NCBI RefSeq assembly: GCF_001194135.2
Contig: NC_069003.1
Location: 602,435 to 662,292, forward strand
Reading direction: 5' to 3'
DNA: 59,858 nucleotides
Origin: Octopus bimaculoides
Taxonomy: Eukaryota
Shown: in pieces, positions 25,806-38,599 of the stretch
How positions within the stretch are numbered: the stretch's first letter is position 1
Layout of the letters: each line of letters opens with the position of its first letter
The notes under the pieces: generated by a model
Told to the model about the DNA's origin: nothing
Databases searched by the model: none
What the model saw: the letters and a program-made list of their open reading frames with translations, nothing else
Made by a program: the position numbers and the translations under genes

Positions 25806-26000
25806 NNNNNNNNNNNNNNNNNNNNNNNNNNNNNNNNNNNNNNNNNNNNNNNNNNNNNNNNNNNNNNNNNNNNNNNNNNNNNNNNNNNNNNNNNNNNNNN
25901 NNNNNNNNNNNNNNNNNNNNNNNNNNNNNNNNNNNNNNNNNNNNNNNNNNNNNNNNNNNNNNNNNNNNNNNNNNNNNNNNNNNNNNNNNNNNNNNNNATA

Positions 26001-26032
<32 letters not shown>

Positions 26033-26137
26033 ATATCATAGCATGTGTATTTTAAGAAATAGGAAGCAGCGATAATTCAAATTGTGACCTACATACATAG
26101 ACAACGAAAAAAGTCAGTTACATACCTACCAACCTAC

Positions 26138-26208
<71 letters not shown>

Positions 26209-26824
26209 ACAAACAGTCATACACGTAGACATACATCAAATAAGGGCAAATGTAGTGTTGAGTAATAGGAAATAGTGAGAATGTTAACTTAACCACCATA
26301 CATACATGTATGCATACATACCCATGTATATACCTACATGCATACATGCATGCATACACACATGCATTCATATACATTTCTAAGAATGCATACATAAATA
26401 TATATGTACATTTATATTTGTGTGTATATGTCTATGCACTATTGATATATGTTTATGTATATATGCATATATATGTATACATATAAGAATGTATACTCGT
26501 GTGGATAATTACGTATATATACGCTTGTGTGTGTGGGTGTGTATAATATATGAATAAACACACACACATGCGCGCTCGTGTATGCATACATACAATTGCC
26601 TACTCTGTCTTGTACGACATATATATATATATATATATATATAAGATAGATAGATAGATGAAAACATTTCTACATAATGTGTGTATACAGATATATATAT
26701 TTGTAATGTGTGTGTGTGTGTGTGTGTGTGTGTGAGTGTGTATGTGTGAGTGAGTGTCTATTTGTGAGTGTGTATGTATGTGTATATGTATGTACGTGCA
26801 TGTGTTCACACACACAAACACATT

Positions 26825-26861
<37 letters not shown>

Positions 26862-26885
26862 GTGTGTGCGTGTGTNNNNNNNNNN

Positions 26886-26940
<55 letters not shown>

Positions 26941-27270
26941 ACACACAAACACATGTAGAATTAGACATTTGGGTCGGGATGTGTATTTTTCTGCTACAGA
27001 CTTCCTCACCACAACAATCTTCGTACTTGACAAAAATACAAACGTGAAGAAGTCATCTTTTCCCGGCCTTAAACAAACACCATTCCAAGTTGAGAGGGTG
27101 CGGCTACACACACACACACACACATACACATACACACGCACATACATATATACATACATACATACATATATGAATGTATGTGTACATGTCCATTTGTGTG
27201 TTGTTAGGGGTGGCGCATGTCTGCTCGTTTGTTTTCCAAACAGTAGAAAGAATAACTCAATATGCATTTA

Positions 27271-27326
<56 letters not shown>

Positions 27327-27599
27327 CATACATACGTACATAAATGTACACAGACACACATCATTATATTTATATATATACATAGATGCAGAGAGACACT
27401 CGCACGTGAGTACCGAAAGGTGTTCTGAGTCATGTGAAAATATGTTGTGTTCCGAACCAAAAATTAAGACTAAATGAATTATGAAAATAATAAATTATCT
27501 AAGAAATAATAAATTAGTCCAGTAATAAGTATATAAAAAAATCTTAATGTATTTAATTCAAGAAACATATTTGTGATGTGAACGACAATAAAAATGCCA

Positions 27600-28486
27600 T
27601 TATCTACAACAACAGTAGACAGAATAAATGGAATTATGAGAATAACAGAAGCCTGTTATTAATAATGATAAGAATAACTTTTGGTGTCTGGAATTTAATT
27701 CCAACAGGTCTAAATATCGATGTTTGCAGGCGAAATAAATGTTTGCAGCAGCCTCGGGTTTATAAAAGGAAAGAAGATACTCCCTTAGGTACATACGAAG
27801 AAATACATAGAAACGAAACAAATAGCATGGGACGGAAATATCGAGAAAAAGACAATAAATAAGAGAAATGGTCTGTGAGTCCTTAATGAGAGCAGTGACA
27901 AAACGAAATTCCTGAACGACAAGGAGAGACAAAAATATATAAGAAATGATATGTACGTGAAATAAGGAAAAAGCGCTCAAAGCTAAAGAGCTTTGCTAAA
28001 TCATAAACAATTCGTCGGTTTGAGAAATGCCAACGATTCTTTGAACAAAAGAACCGATTTGATACATCCCAAAACGATTCTACCAAGAACTTGGTAAAAA
28101 TAAAATAGAAGTCAATGCAGCACCAACAGGAAGAGAGGAATTTTGGGAATGGGGATGAACTGCGATGGAATTATCCCAGGTGACAACAGGATCAATGTGA
28201 AAGAAGAAAAAGCAAACAACTACGACGATTTAAAGTGGGAAATACGAAGGTTGTGGTCAATGAAGGGAGTAGAAGGGATATCAGCAGTAATTGGTGCTCT
28301 TGGAAGTATCAGCATTCAGCTACCAACATGGCTTGAAAAGATCACTGCTTGGGACTGCAAGAATTGTTCGCAGGGTTCTTGAAGCATGACCAGTAAACAA
28401 GTGTCACCTTAGTCTGCTGGCTGTGGACAGCTGACACTTTCCACCATACCCAGCAAAATAAACTGAGAGTTTTCATATAATAATAA
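27600..28486 (+). mobile_element. Internally deleted R4/Dong-like element: pre-RT region fused to RLE C-terminus, entire RT missing
   Basis: MFAAAS...IAWDGNIEKK...TIRRFEKCQRFFEQKNRFD / KRFYQELGKNKIEVNAAPT, then directly PGDNRINVKEEKANNYDDLKWEIRRLWSMK...VIGALGS, a 3' UTR and ATAATAATAA. Confidence 0.85.
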
Positions 28487-28679
28487 GAATAAAGTCGATA
28501 TATTATAACAAAGGCAAACATAGCCCCAAATTTCGCACTTTGTGCAAACACTAACCTTATTAAATGTTGCTAATGTTATCTGACGTAACAACTGTCAACT
28601 GTAATTGTATTAACCCCAATGCCTGTTCTTAGATTTGAACTTCTAGCCTCTTGATATTATTTACAAATACTGCACTGTA

Positions 28680-29625
28680 CCTAATAAGTGCTCCTCCATC
28701 AGCCTCACCTCGAGCCCTTTTAAATACTCTTAAAAGAATATAGCCATTCTTTGAAAAACATTAATCATTTAAAAGAAGACTTTTTATTTCATCTGGAACG
28801 TAAAAAGGAAATACGTTCCTTAAAATTTAAATGAAATGTTTTACCTTAAGCAAAGTTTTACAGTAGAAATCACAGAGAATGGAAAGTTTCCACATCCTGG
28901 AGCCTAGAAATACTATTTGCCATAGGCAAAATTTTAAATAAAATTTCAAAAACTAATTTCTTTTACGCATAAAATCTTTAAAATTTTCATTCATTTTCAT
29001 TCAGTAATTATCCTCAAAAACATTCTCTCTCTCTCTCTCTGTACTAACTTAACCCCATTTTAACCTAACTTATTTCTTCATAGTTTATGCCTATCAGTTT
29101 TCTTTTCATTACTTCGATCCATTTAGCGAAGATTACACTTACATCCAACCGATATTTCTAACCACCCAACTAAAAGCTTTAATCTTAACCATTTCTCAGT
29201 GGTTAAGTTGAGGTTGCTATTGAAATAACAACCTAAATTAAATAAATTCTGAAACTACTTTCTCCCCAATTCTATAAGCACGTAACGATTTTCTCACCTC
29301 TTTCCTTTCATCCACATTTTTCACATATTTACCTACATCTGCTGATAGACTGATGTTATAAATACTTAATCATTTATATACGATTCAGTTATCATTTATT
29401 TATTCTGAAGTTTCTCATCCACTTCCTTCCTATACTTATTTATATTTCTATCCACCGATGAACTCTCTGTATATTATTCTATTTCTATGACCTAATAATT
29501 CTTCATTTGGAACATTTTTCAACCCAAAATATTTATCTCCTGCATCTAACTTACCCTTATATGTCCTTTTACCAACGGATCTAATACACTTTTATCAGCA
29601 CTAACATAACACATACAACATACTT
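28680..29625 (-). mobile_element. Possible very old Penelope-like RT remnant
   Basis: Minus-strand motifs in the expected order: YVSADKS.LD, KLDAGDKYFGLKNVPNEEL, SADVGKYVKNV, IVFLG, EIKSLLL..FSKNGY...FKRAR. No YxDD seen and many stops. Confidence 0.4.
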
Positions 29626-29657
29626 CTATATATTATCAACATATTAACCATTATAAT

Positions 29658-30298
29658 TTATTATTATTATTATTATTGTTGCCTTTGCACAGTTTCTAAC
29701 GCTGGAGATGTACTACAGTGTCAGCTGTTCACTACCAGTGAACTAATGTAACCTCTTATTTTTCGAGCACCTTCCGGAGTATCCGAGTGGTTCCAAGCAG
29801 TGCTGTTTTCTGCAAGTGATCCACCCTTATTGCAGCCCTTATTCGTTCCATGTACTTAAGATTTTTACTCACGGTTCCCAGGGCTCCGACAATTATTGGT
29901 ACTTCTGCCACCTTTCTCATCGATCACAACTGCTTAACTTCCCAAGCTAACCTGTCATCTCTCTCACCTTTTCTTTCTTCCTTATCGCATACCTTGTTGT
30001 CAGCTGGGCATGCTATGTCTATGATCCAGCATCGTTTGCTTTCTTTCTCAATTAAGACTATGTCTGGTTTCCTATTATCTATCACACGGTCGCACTGCAT
30101 CATAAAATCCCACAGGATCATTGCATTATCATTTTCGATGATGCCTTCGGCTTTATGTTCGTGCCACTTTTTTGCTCTGTCAAGTCCATACTTGTTGCAA
30201 AATGTCCAAAGGACAATCCTTGCTATGTTGTCATGACGTCTCTTATATTCCTTCTGGGCTAGTGGCGTACATTGACTGGTAACATGCCATGCGGTTTC
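29658..30298 (-). mobile_element. 5'-truncated R4/Dong-like element: end of CCHC knuckle, complete RLE, 3' UTR and (AAT)n
   Basis: About 180 codons (30298-29756) with one in-frame TGA: ETAWHVTSQCTPLAQKEYKRRHDNIA...ILWDF...NRKPDIVLIEK...IIDIACPAD..K...VPIIVGALG...LQKTALLGTTRILRKVLEK*. PD-D-K nuclease motif intact. Confidence 0.93.
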
Positions 30299-30302
30299 AC
30301 CC

Positions 30303-30390
30303 CTTAAATAAGTACCAGTTGAGTACTGGGGTCAATGTAATTGAAATTGCTGGCCTTGGGCCTATACAGGGGGAAAGAATTATAATCGTT
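30303..30390 (+). mobile_element. SINE family B1 3' fragment abutting the Dong 5' truncation
   Basis: ttaaataagtaccagttgagtactggggtcaatgtaattga...ggccttgggcctatacagggggaaagaattat. Confidence 0.7.
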
Positions 30391-30610
30391 GTTGTTAATC
30401 TTATACAAGCTTAAACCAATCCACAAGACTTCATCTTCCAACATCTCCTGGCACAACATAGGGTTTCTTTATTTTAAACAGTTTCCATAAATTTGTAGTG
30501 TTATATCTAAACTGATTTTTATATAGATCCCCTTTCATTTGTCAGTCACCCATTTATTCTCTAACTCTTGCTAAGTATGTGAACCTTACAAACATTTTAC
30601 TTCATCCTAC

Positions 30611-30641
<31 letters not shown>

Positions 30642-32356
30642 GTTTCATCCCCTTTATTGCTTGTCTCTTGTTTGTTTTTACTTATTTTTATGGTTTTTTT
30701 ATTACTTTCTGTATTTTATTCTTCTCTTCTGTAAACACTTTCTAAACAACAATTTATTTACAGATTTCATTTTATCTCTACAATTCCTTCGTTTCGGTAA
30801 TCGCTTCCCCAACCACTTGTTTCGGTCCGAATTCCTCTCGTTCTTTGAACCGACCTCATTTATCACCGTTAATTAACAAACTCTTAAAAGCGTTGTTTAC
30901 ATAGGTTATCCTTTTAAATATACTTCCCTTTCCACTCCACAAGAATTATTTTTATGTTTATCAATCGAATAACCGAAGAAATGTTTTGTTTTGTTAATCG
31001 AAGATACCTGAATACATTTTACTTTGTTTCGTTTGGCTTTTGACTCAGTTTAATCATTATATTATTATCTTAGCTTAATTACATCAAAACTATCGAGGAT
31101 TTATTTTAAAACAACATCATAATCTTTTATTAATTTTACTAAACCATTTTTCACTTACTCCTTCTTCTTCCCTAATATTCAAACTACACACATTGTTTTT
31201 ATGACTAAATTTATTAATTTGAGCTTTGATGTCAATTTCTAGAATATTTACACAATCTATAACGTTACTTAATTACTTCACAACATTTACTAATCTAACT
31301 TCATTAAATTTGATCTAAGCCATTATCCATTCGATACCAGAAAAGACGGGTCTTTTCCTAGTTACTTGCCCAAATTTATTTATTTGAAATTTATTCAATT
31401 TCTTAGGGTTTTCACTTTTTAAATATGATCCTGTGTTTTGCCTACCGTGGACACCTCTTTCTATTCCAGATTAAATCCTTCAGCATCAGTCTACACCCTA
31501 AGATTCATAAACAATTCTACGATTACTTTTATCATATGAAAATTAAATTGCGAAACTGCGAAGAATTTTAAACGAAAAAATAAACAACAAAAAAAACAAA
31601 AGATAAAGCATACCAAATTTAGTGAGTACTTTCGTCAGAGGTCTACATGTGTATGTATGTATATATGAATGTATACATGTATGCACATATGTATCCATGT
31701 AGGCATACGTGCATGTATGTATGAATGTGTGTGTATGTATGTATATATGTATGCATGCATGCGTATGTATGTATGTACGGCATTATTCAGTTTTACTTCA
31801 AGATTTATTGCCAACAGAGAAAGAACCTGTTTCCAACCAGATCCAAGGTTCCTTCATTGGAATTTCAACAACAAGGTATTTTTGTTTCAAATGACAGAAA
31901 CAAGTAAAAGAGTAAAAGAATATATTGTAATAAAACGTTTTCTGTAGAAAAAAGAAAAGAATGTTGCTAACAATAAATAGGTGAATCAAAAGAGATACAC
32001 ATATATACACATATACATACATACACCATATATACATACATCATATATACATACATAAATATATGCATATATATGTGTGTGAATTCCTGTATTAATGTAG
32101 ACAGGTTGACGTATGCACCGATATAATTCTTTGCAGGCTGAGTGCAACATGTCTCTTTGCACAATGAGAGAGTGTGGTGTATGAGTATTTACTTAGAGTA
32201 GAAGTGGAGTAAATGGTCGTGTGGAGTGGTTGAGTTTAGGAAAGTAGTAAGAACGGACTCTGGCTGTCGATATGGAGTGGGTGTACATCGAGTGGCTGGA
32301 GTGATAATAACGAGTGGATTTTTAAGTGACATAGAGGTAGAAATGATTGAGGTATA

Positions 32357-32400
<44 letters not shown>

Positions 32401-32941
32401 GTGTAAGAGTTGTATAGAAGTAGTCATTAAAGTGGAATATATTTATAGATGGCGTTCTCCATTGATCTTCGTATGTTGTCATTACTATACGTCTTTCCGT
32501 ATCTGAAGTTGTCTACCGTTCTTACATATCTACATGTATCACTTGCTCTTTCCCAATCTGTATTTATATAGGCGTGTGTGCACGAGCGTATGCGGCACCC
32601 CCCACGCATGTGCATCTATCTACCTATCTATCTATCTATCTATCTATCTATCTCATATATAACACCTTGTATCTTATACACATACATATATACATAACTA
32701 CATATACACGTACAGGCAAACGTGGTCTCTTTACAAATATGTGTTTATATGGAAAGGAAAGGATGACAGAAAAGAGGAGAACGTTCGAGAAAGAGAGAGA
32801 CAGAGAAAGAGAAAATGAAGAGGTAATAAAATAAATCAATATATCGATCTGGCACCGTATCATTATGTCCACTACTTGAGGTTAACAATCTGTGTTTGTC
32901 CTTATGTTCAGATGAACACTTAGTAGTGTATATACATTCAT

Positions 32942-32986
<45 letters not shown>

Positions 32987-33033
32987 AGAGACACACACAG
33001 GTATATATATATATATATATATANNNNNNNNNN

Positions 33034-33084
<51 letters not shown>

Positions 33085-33429
33085 GTATATGGGTGTCAGT
33101 TTATGTGTATGAACCTATGTATCTATGTATGCGTATGTGTGCATGTATACATTGAAGTCCAGTTCCACATATGCGATACACTTTCATTTCTGTATTTAGA
33201 GACACGGATTTGCAAACAGATAACTCGGGGTTTGTAAAAGGGACACAGTCATACGTACGTAAATACCACCGTATACGTCGTGTTTATATTATATATCACT
33301 TGTATTCTGGGTTCGATACCTCAGTGTGGTGCCTTGAAATGCGACATCGCTCTATCCGGGGATAGAGAGAAATTCGATAAGCAGAAAGTGTTAAGAAACC
33401 CATCATATATGTGTGTGTGTGTGTGTGTG

Positions 33430-33636
33430 TGTTGTAAGAAGCTTGCTTTCCAACCACATAGTTCTGGGTTCAGTNNNNNNNNNNTGTGTGTGTTGTAAGA
33501 AGCTTGCTTTCCAACCACATAGTTCTGGGTTCAGTCCCACTGCGTGGCACCTTGGGTAAGCGTCTTCTACTATAGCCTCGGGTCGACCAAAGCCTAGTGA
33601 GTGGATTTGGTTGACGGAAACTGAAAGAAACTCGTC

Positions 33637-33640
<4 letters not shown>
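33430..33640 (+). mobile_element. SINE family A 5' half, with a 51-nt artefactual duplication across a 10-N gap
   Basis: GGGTTCAGTCCCACTGCGTGGCACCTTGGGTAAGCGTCTTCTACTATAGCCTCGGG...GGAAACTGAAAGAAA. Confidence 0.9.
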
Positions 33641-33684
<44 letters not shown>

Positions 33685-33891
33685 GCGCGCGCGCGCGCGA
33701 ACCTCTCCATTATATACATATATGTGTGTGTGTGTGTGTGTGTGTTTGTGTTTCTGTGAATCCGAATCTGGATTTTATATTTATTTTTAGGAAATAAACA
33801 TGATAGTTTATACTGTTCTATATTTTTGAGATGAGGAATTCTTTACCATTATTTACAATGGACGGACATGTGTCCTCACCTTGATTGTTGT

Positions 33892-33940
33892 TACCACAGC
33901 GTTTCGGCTGGTGTGCTCTCCAGCGTTCATCAGGTGTTCT
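33892..33940 (-). ncRNA. Degenerate minimal type I hammerhead ribozyme motif (Penelope pLTR-like)
   Basis: RC: AGAACAC-CTGATGA-A-C-GCTGG-agagcaca-CCAGC-C-GAA-ACGC-T-GTGGT. CUGAUGA and GAAA boxes, perfect 5-bp stem II, loopless helix III (ACGC; ACGU expected), stem I AACAC/GTGGT with 4 of 5 pairs. Confidence 0.7.
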
Positions 33941-34049
33941 GCTGGAATCTCAAGCCCAACTCTTTATATATATATCTATCAAACGGTTGCACGTCTCCAC
34001 AATCGTACAAGATCAACAGCAACAATAAATACCGACAGCAATATTGAGT

Positions 34050-34295
34050 CTACGAATGTGAAAAAGGTGCAGAACAGCAATTGCAGCAGCACAATAATAA
34101 TAGCAGCAACAATAACAGCAATAAGAAAATAACTACAATACAAGAACAAATCATCCAAGGGAAAACATCTAAACCACTCGTATCGAGTCCCCAGACCAAA
34201 CCTTGTTCCACTCAACACCATCACCCCCACCCCCACCATCATCATCATCATCATTATCACTACTAGTATCATCATAATCATCGTCATCATGACTG
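34050..34295. repeat. Mixed CAG/AAT/CAT/CAC triplet tracts
   Basis: Direct reading of the sequence. Confidence 0.8.
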
Positions 34296-34493
34296 CCGCC
34301 ACATCTGACCATAAACAAGCTTCGATCGTTGATCGACTGTAAATGTAGGATCTCAAGTAAAATTGCTTTTCTATGCTTTTATCTCCAACACAAACACACA
34401 GACATCCATACATCCTCCCCCCACAACCCACTCGCACACTAATCTGTTTTACATTTCAATATCTGTCTTTTTCTCTTCTTGCCCTATTTCTCA

Positions 34494-34568
<75 letters not shown>

Positions 34569-36344
34569 TCAATCTTATCTGTTTTCCCACCTATCAATGC
34601 TCCGACTATTTCTCTCTAAATTCTAAACATCTAATTCCTTGTCTTTCATTGTGTGTGTATCTCTCTCATTCTTTATCGTTCTCTCGCTTTTTCCTTCTCT
34701 TTTTCTCTTTCTTTCCCCGCCTTCAGTTTCTCTTTCTGTCAAACGCGCGCGGATATCTGTTTGGTGTCTACGAACTGTCTCCCCTTCTTAAACAATTTCA
34801 AGTGTCCTCGAGTCTCTATCAGCCTCTTTTGTGTGTAGCCATGTTGTAGTCTGCATGTGACAGCTAAACGCTTTGTTGTAGCAGCACATATGATGAACGC
34901 CATATTACTTTGCCTATCACATCAAACAACTTCCGTTGCACAAATATCATTTATACCTTTATACATATACACCAACACACCCACGCTCATATACATTACA
35001 CACACACAGTCACGTACACAGATACAGATGCTGTATGCATATATGTGCATACATACATGCACATGCATTTGTATACGTAGAGGAAGCTACTTATTGAGAT
35101 CATTTGGGGTCGAAGACTTTTCGATCAAAAGAGCCGCCTGTTAACAATCAACAAATAAAGATCTGAATATCTCGCTAATTTCAGTTGCGACAGCGGGTTA
35201 TTAAGCTTATCTATGATTATAATAACCGGCTGAATCTACTCCAGCATACGTGTATGTTTATACAAGTCCACGCGTATATGTGGATATATATGAGTGTATA
35301 TATATATATATATATATATATATGTCTATGTATGTGTGTGTAGATGTGCATTTATGTTTATACACATAATTCAAGTTTACAAAAAACAAAAGACGAAGAG
35401 AGGTGAACGAACGGCAAGCAAGTGTGTATAAGTTTGATCCAGGACAGTTTTTTTTTTTACAACAAAAAATAATTATTTTACTTGTTCGTTAAGATATTTA
35501 ATGTATGCTATGAAATGTAATGAATGTTACGAGAAACAGAGAATAGAGTCTGGAACGGATGACTGACGAAATAGTGGTGGAGAATAAAAAACACAAAGAC
35601 AAGAGACAAACTCATCCCACCCCACCCAAGAAGTCACAACAGTAATGGTGTACCTTAAAGAGTGCATAATAGAATAGAGTAGAGGAGGAGGAGGTGGCTA
35701 GCTAAGTCGAAAAGGTAACTGAAAAAAGGTATCGTCGCCGAGTTGCTAACGGCCAGAATAGACTTCGATAGAATTCTTCAGCGCGAAACACAAAAATCGC
35801 GGTGTTAGAGACAAAATTCAAAGTCTTAAAAAAAAGAACAAAATGGAAGGGATACATTCAACAAAGTATTCAATATACAAAAGAATGGAATGGTCCAAGT
35901 ACAATGCCTGTGTTCAAAGAGGATTGAGTCGGCGCTAAGCAACAAATCTTGCTTTACAACAATCCGGTTAGGTTGATAGCAGTGAAATATAGAATGAATC
36001 CGTTCTTGAAATAAATGAATGATGGAAGTTAAAAATGAAATTCAATCTTTAGGAGTGGAAGAGAATAGGCGTGTGGCGTCTGTGAAATTCTTGAAATGAT
36101 GGAATGGCAGAAAGTACTATCAGTTTGACATTCTCACTTGTAAATAAGGATTGCCACGAGAATTGGTAAAATGGTGTAATACATACACACACACATATAT
36201 ATATATATGTATATAAGAGATCGAGAGAGAGAGAGAGAGAGGTGATATGCATAGATCCGTCATCCCCACACATATGCATAACTTATATATATATATATAT
36301 ACGTGTCTATATTGTATATATATATATTTCTTTTTTACTGTTTT

Positions 36345-36688
36345 TCTTTTGTTTCAGTCATTAGTCTGCGGCCATGCTGGGTCACCGCCTTTAGTCGAAT
36401 AAATTGACGCCAGGACTTATTCCTTGTAAGCCTAGTACTTATCTAGCGATGTTGGGCGGACAAACACAGACACACAAACATATACACACATATACATATA
36501 TACACATACATGCATATATATACATACACACATACATATACGACAGGCTTGTTTCAGTTTCCGTCTACCAAATCCATTCACAAGAGTTTGGTCGGCCCAG
36601 GGATATAGTAGAAGACACTTGCCCAAGGTGCCACACAGTGGGACTGAACCCGGAAGCAAGCTACTTACAACACAGCCACTCCTGTGCC
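36345..36688 (-). mobile_element. SINE family A, near full length with internal deletions
   Basis: RC starts GGCACAGGAGTGGCTGTGTTGTAAGTAGCTTGCTT, has CORE-like GTGGCACCTTGGGCAAGTGTCTTCTACTATA, an internal microsatellite, and tail ...CCAGCATGGCCGCAGACTAATGACTGAAACAAAAG. Confidence 0.9.
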
Positions 36689-36724
36689 TATACACACTTG
36701 CTTGCTGTTCGTTGTACACATGTA

Positions 36725-36784
36725 TATGTGTACGCATGCTTGTTTTTGTATGTATGTATACACACACATATATACACATATGCA

Positions 36785-36816
<32 letters not shown>

Positions 36817-36872
36817 TGCATATATGTGTGTGTGTATACATACAGATACAAAAACAAGCATGCGTACACATA
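36725..36872. repeat. About 148-bp fold-back palindrome centred on (AT)n
   Basis: Left arm tatgtgtacgcatgcttgtttttgtat...catatgcagtata; right arm tatactgcatat...atacaaaaacaagcatgcgtacacata. The two opposite-strand ORFs in the track both read CTHACFC...IQKQACVH. Confidence 0.92.
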
Positions 36873-36895
36873 CATACACACAGACATATGCACAT

Positions 36896-36926
<31 letters not shown>

Positions 36927-37294
36927 GTACACGTATAAACAAAAACATACCCATGTGCCTGTATGTACAAATGATTTCCATATACATAAGACAATCTCTT
37001 GTACAAATATACAAATACCTCCATCCCTCGTCATCCTTATACATCAATGTACAAACAGAAACCGATTCTTCGGTAAACACAGGACGTCGGTTTCGCGCTT
37101 GGTTTCGTGTCTAGGTCAGGGCTGAGTTCCGCTGACTTCCAAATCTGATCTACTTTATTTTTGTACTCCTCATCCACCAATGGCATTGCTCTAAATCTTT
37201 CGCCTTCCCTCTAAATCGCTTTCTCTCTCTCTCTCTCCATCAATTTTATTTTCTTACATCCATTCACTCTCTCTACCTTTTCCCAAACCAATAG

Positions 37295-37327
<33 letters not shown>

Positions 37328-37893
37328 NNNNNNNNNNNNNNNNNNNNNNNNNNNNNNNNNNNNNNNNNNNNNNNNNNNNNNNNNNNNNNNNNNNNNNNNN
37401 NNNNNNNNNNNNNNNNNNNNNNNNNNNNNNNNNNNNNNNNNNNNNNNNNNNNNNNNNNNNNNNNNNNNNNNNNNNNNNNNNNNNNNNNNNNNNNNNNNNN
37501 NNNNNNNNNNNNNNNNNNNNNNNNNNNNNNNNNNNNNNNNNNNNNNNNNNNNNNNNNNNNNNNNNNNNNNNNNNNNNNNNNNNNNNNNNNNNNNNNNNNN
37601 NNNNNNNNNNNNNNNNNNNNNNNNNNNNNNNNNNNNNNNNNNNNNNNNNNNNNNNNNNNNNNNNNNNNNNNNNNNNNNNNNNNNNNNNNNNNNNNNNNNN
37701 NNNNNNNNNNNNNNNNNNNNNNNNNNNNNNNNNNNNNNNNNNNNNNNNNNNNNNNNNNNNNNNNNNNNNNNNNNNNNNNNNNNNNNNNNNNNNNNNNNNN
37801 NNNNNNNNNNNNNNNNNNNNNNNNNNNNNNNNNNNNNNNNNNNNNNNNNNNNNNNNNNNNNNNNNNNNNNNNNNNNNNNNNNNNNNNNNNNNN

Positions 37894-37946
<53 letters not shown>

Positions 37947-37947
<1 letters not shown>

Positions 37948-38034
37948 GACAGGCTTTTTTCAGTTTCCGTCTCCCAAATACACTCACAAAGCTTTGGTCG
38001 ACCGGAGGCAAAAGTAGAACACGTCTGCCCAAAG
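37947..38034 (-). mobile_element. SINE family A internal fragment
   Basis: ttcagtttccgtctcccaaatacactcacaaagctttggtcgaccggaggc. Confidence 0.8.
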
Positions 38035-38599
38035 ATCGATGGAAGTTGAGCGCATTCAATTACACAAAGCCTTAATTTATTTGATCAATTAACATAAGGT
38101 GTGGAGTTTTCAGTTATTTTCCACTTAATAACATGTGGTGTTTCGTTAGTTCACAAACTACATACGTGGCTACCGAAATCAGTAGCTTTGCTTTTGTCCT
38201 TATGCCAGAAGCAGGCTATGTGATTGGCATAGCGATTTCCAAATTCTCCTTCACATAATCCAATATATGTCTTATTTTTGTATTACTATTTAGTGTTGCA
38301 ATAACTTCTACCTCGTTGGTCAAGTGGACAGAGTCCTGAGTCCTGAAATTTACAGCTGGATACAGGCTCTTGATACTGACCTTGTGTAACGATACTCTTC
38401 ATATTGGGGCAGCAGCTATATGTGTGAGTGTATGCATGTATGTGCATCTATCTATCCATCCATCCACTTGTTTGTCTGTCCGACCGTCCGTTCGTCTGTC
38501 TGAGCGTCCGTCTATCGATAAATATATCTATGTCTGTCTATCCATCTATCCACCCATCCCCTGGCATTTATAGGATAAAATTTTCGCCAAGCTCACCGT

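Noticed and set aside
33424-33535. Exact 51-nt direct repeat of a SINE head
   Set aside because: Same 10-N assembly artefact; a 13-nt case also occurs near 59050-59086.
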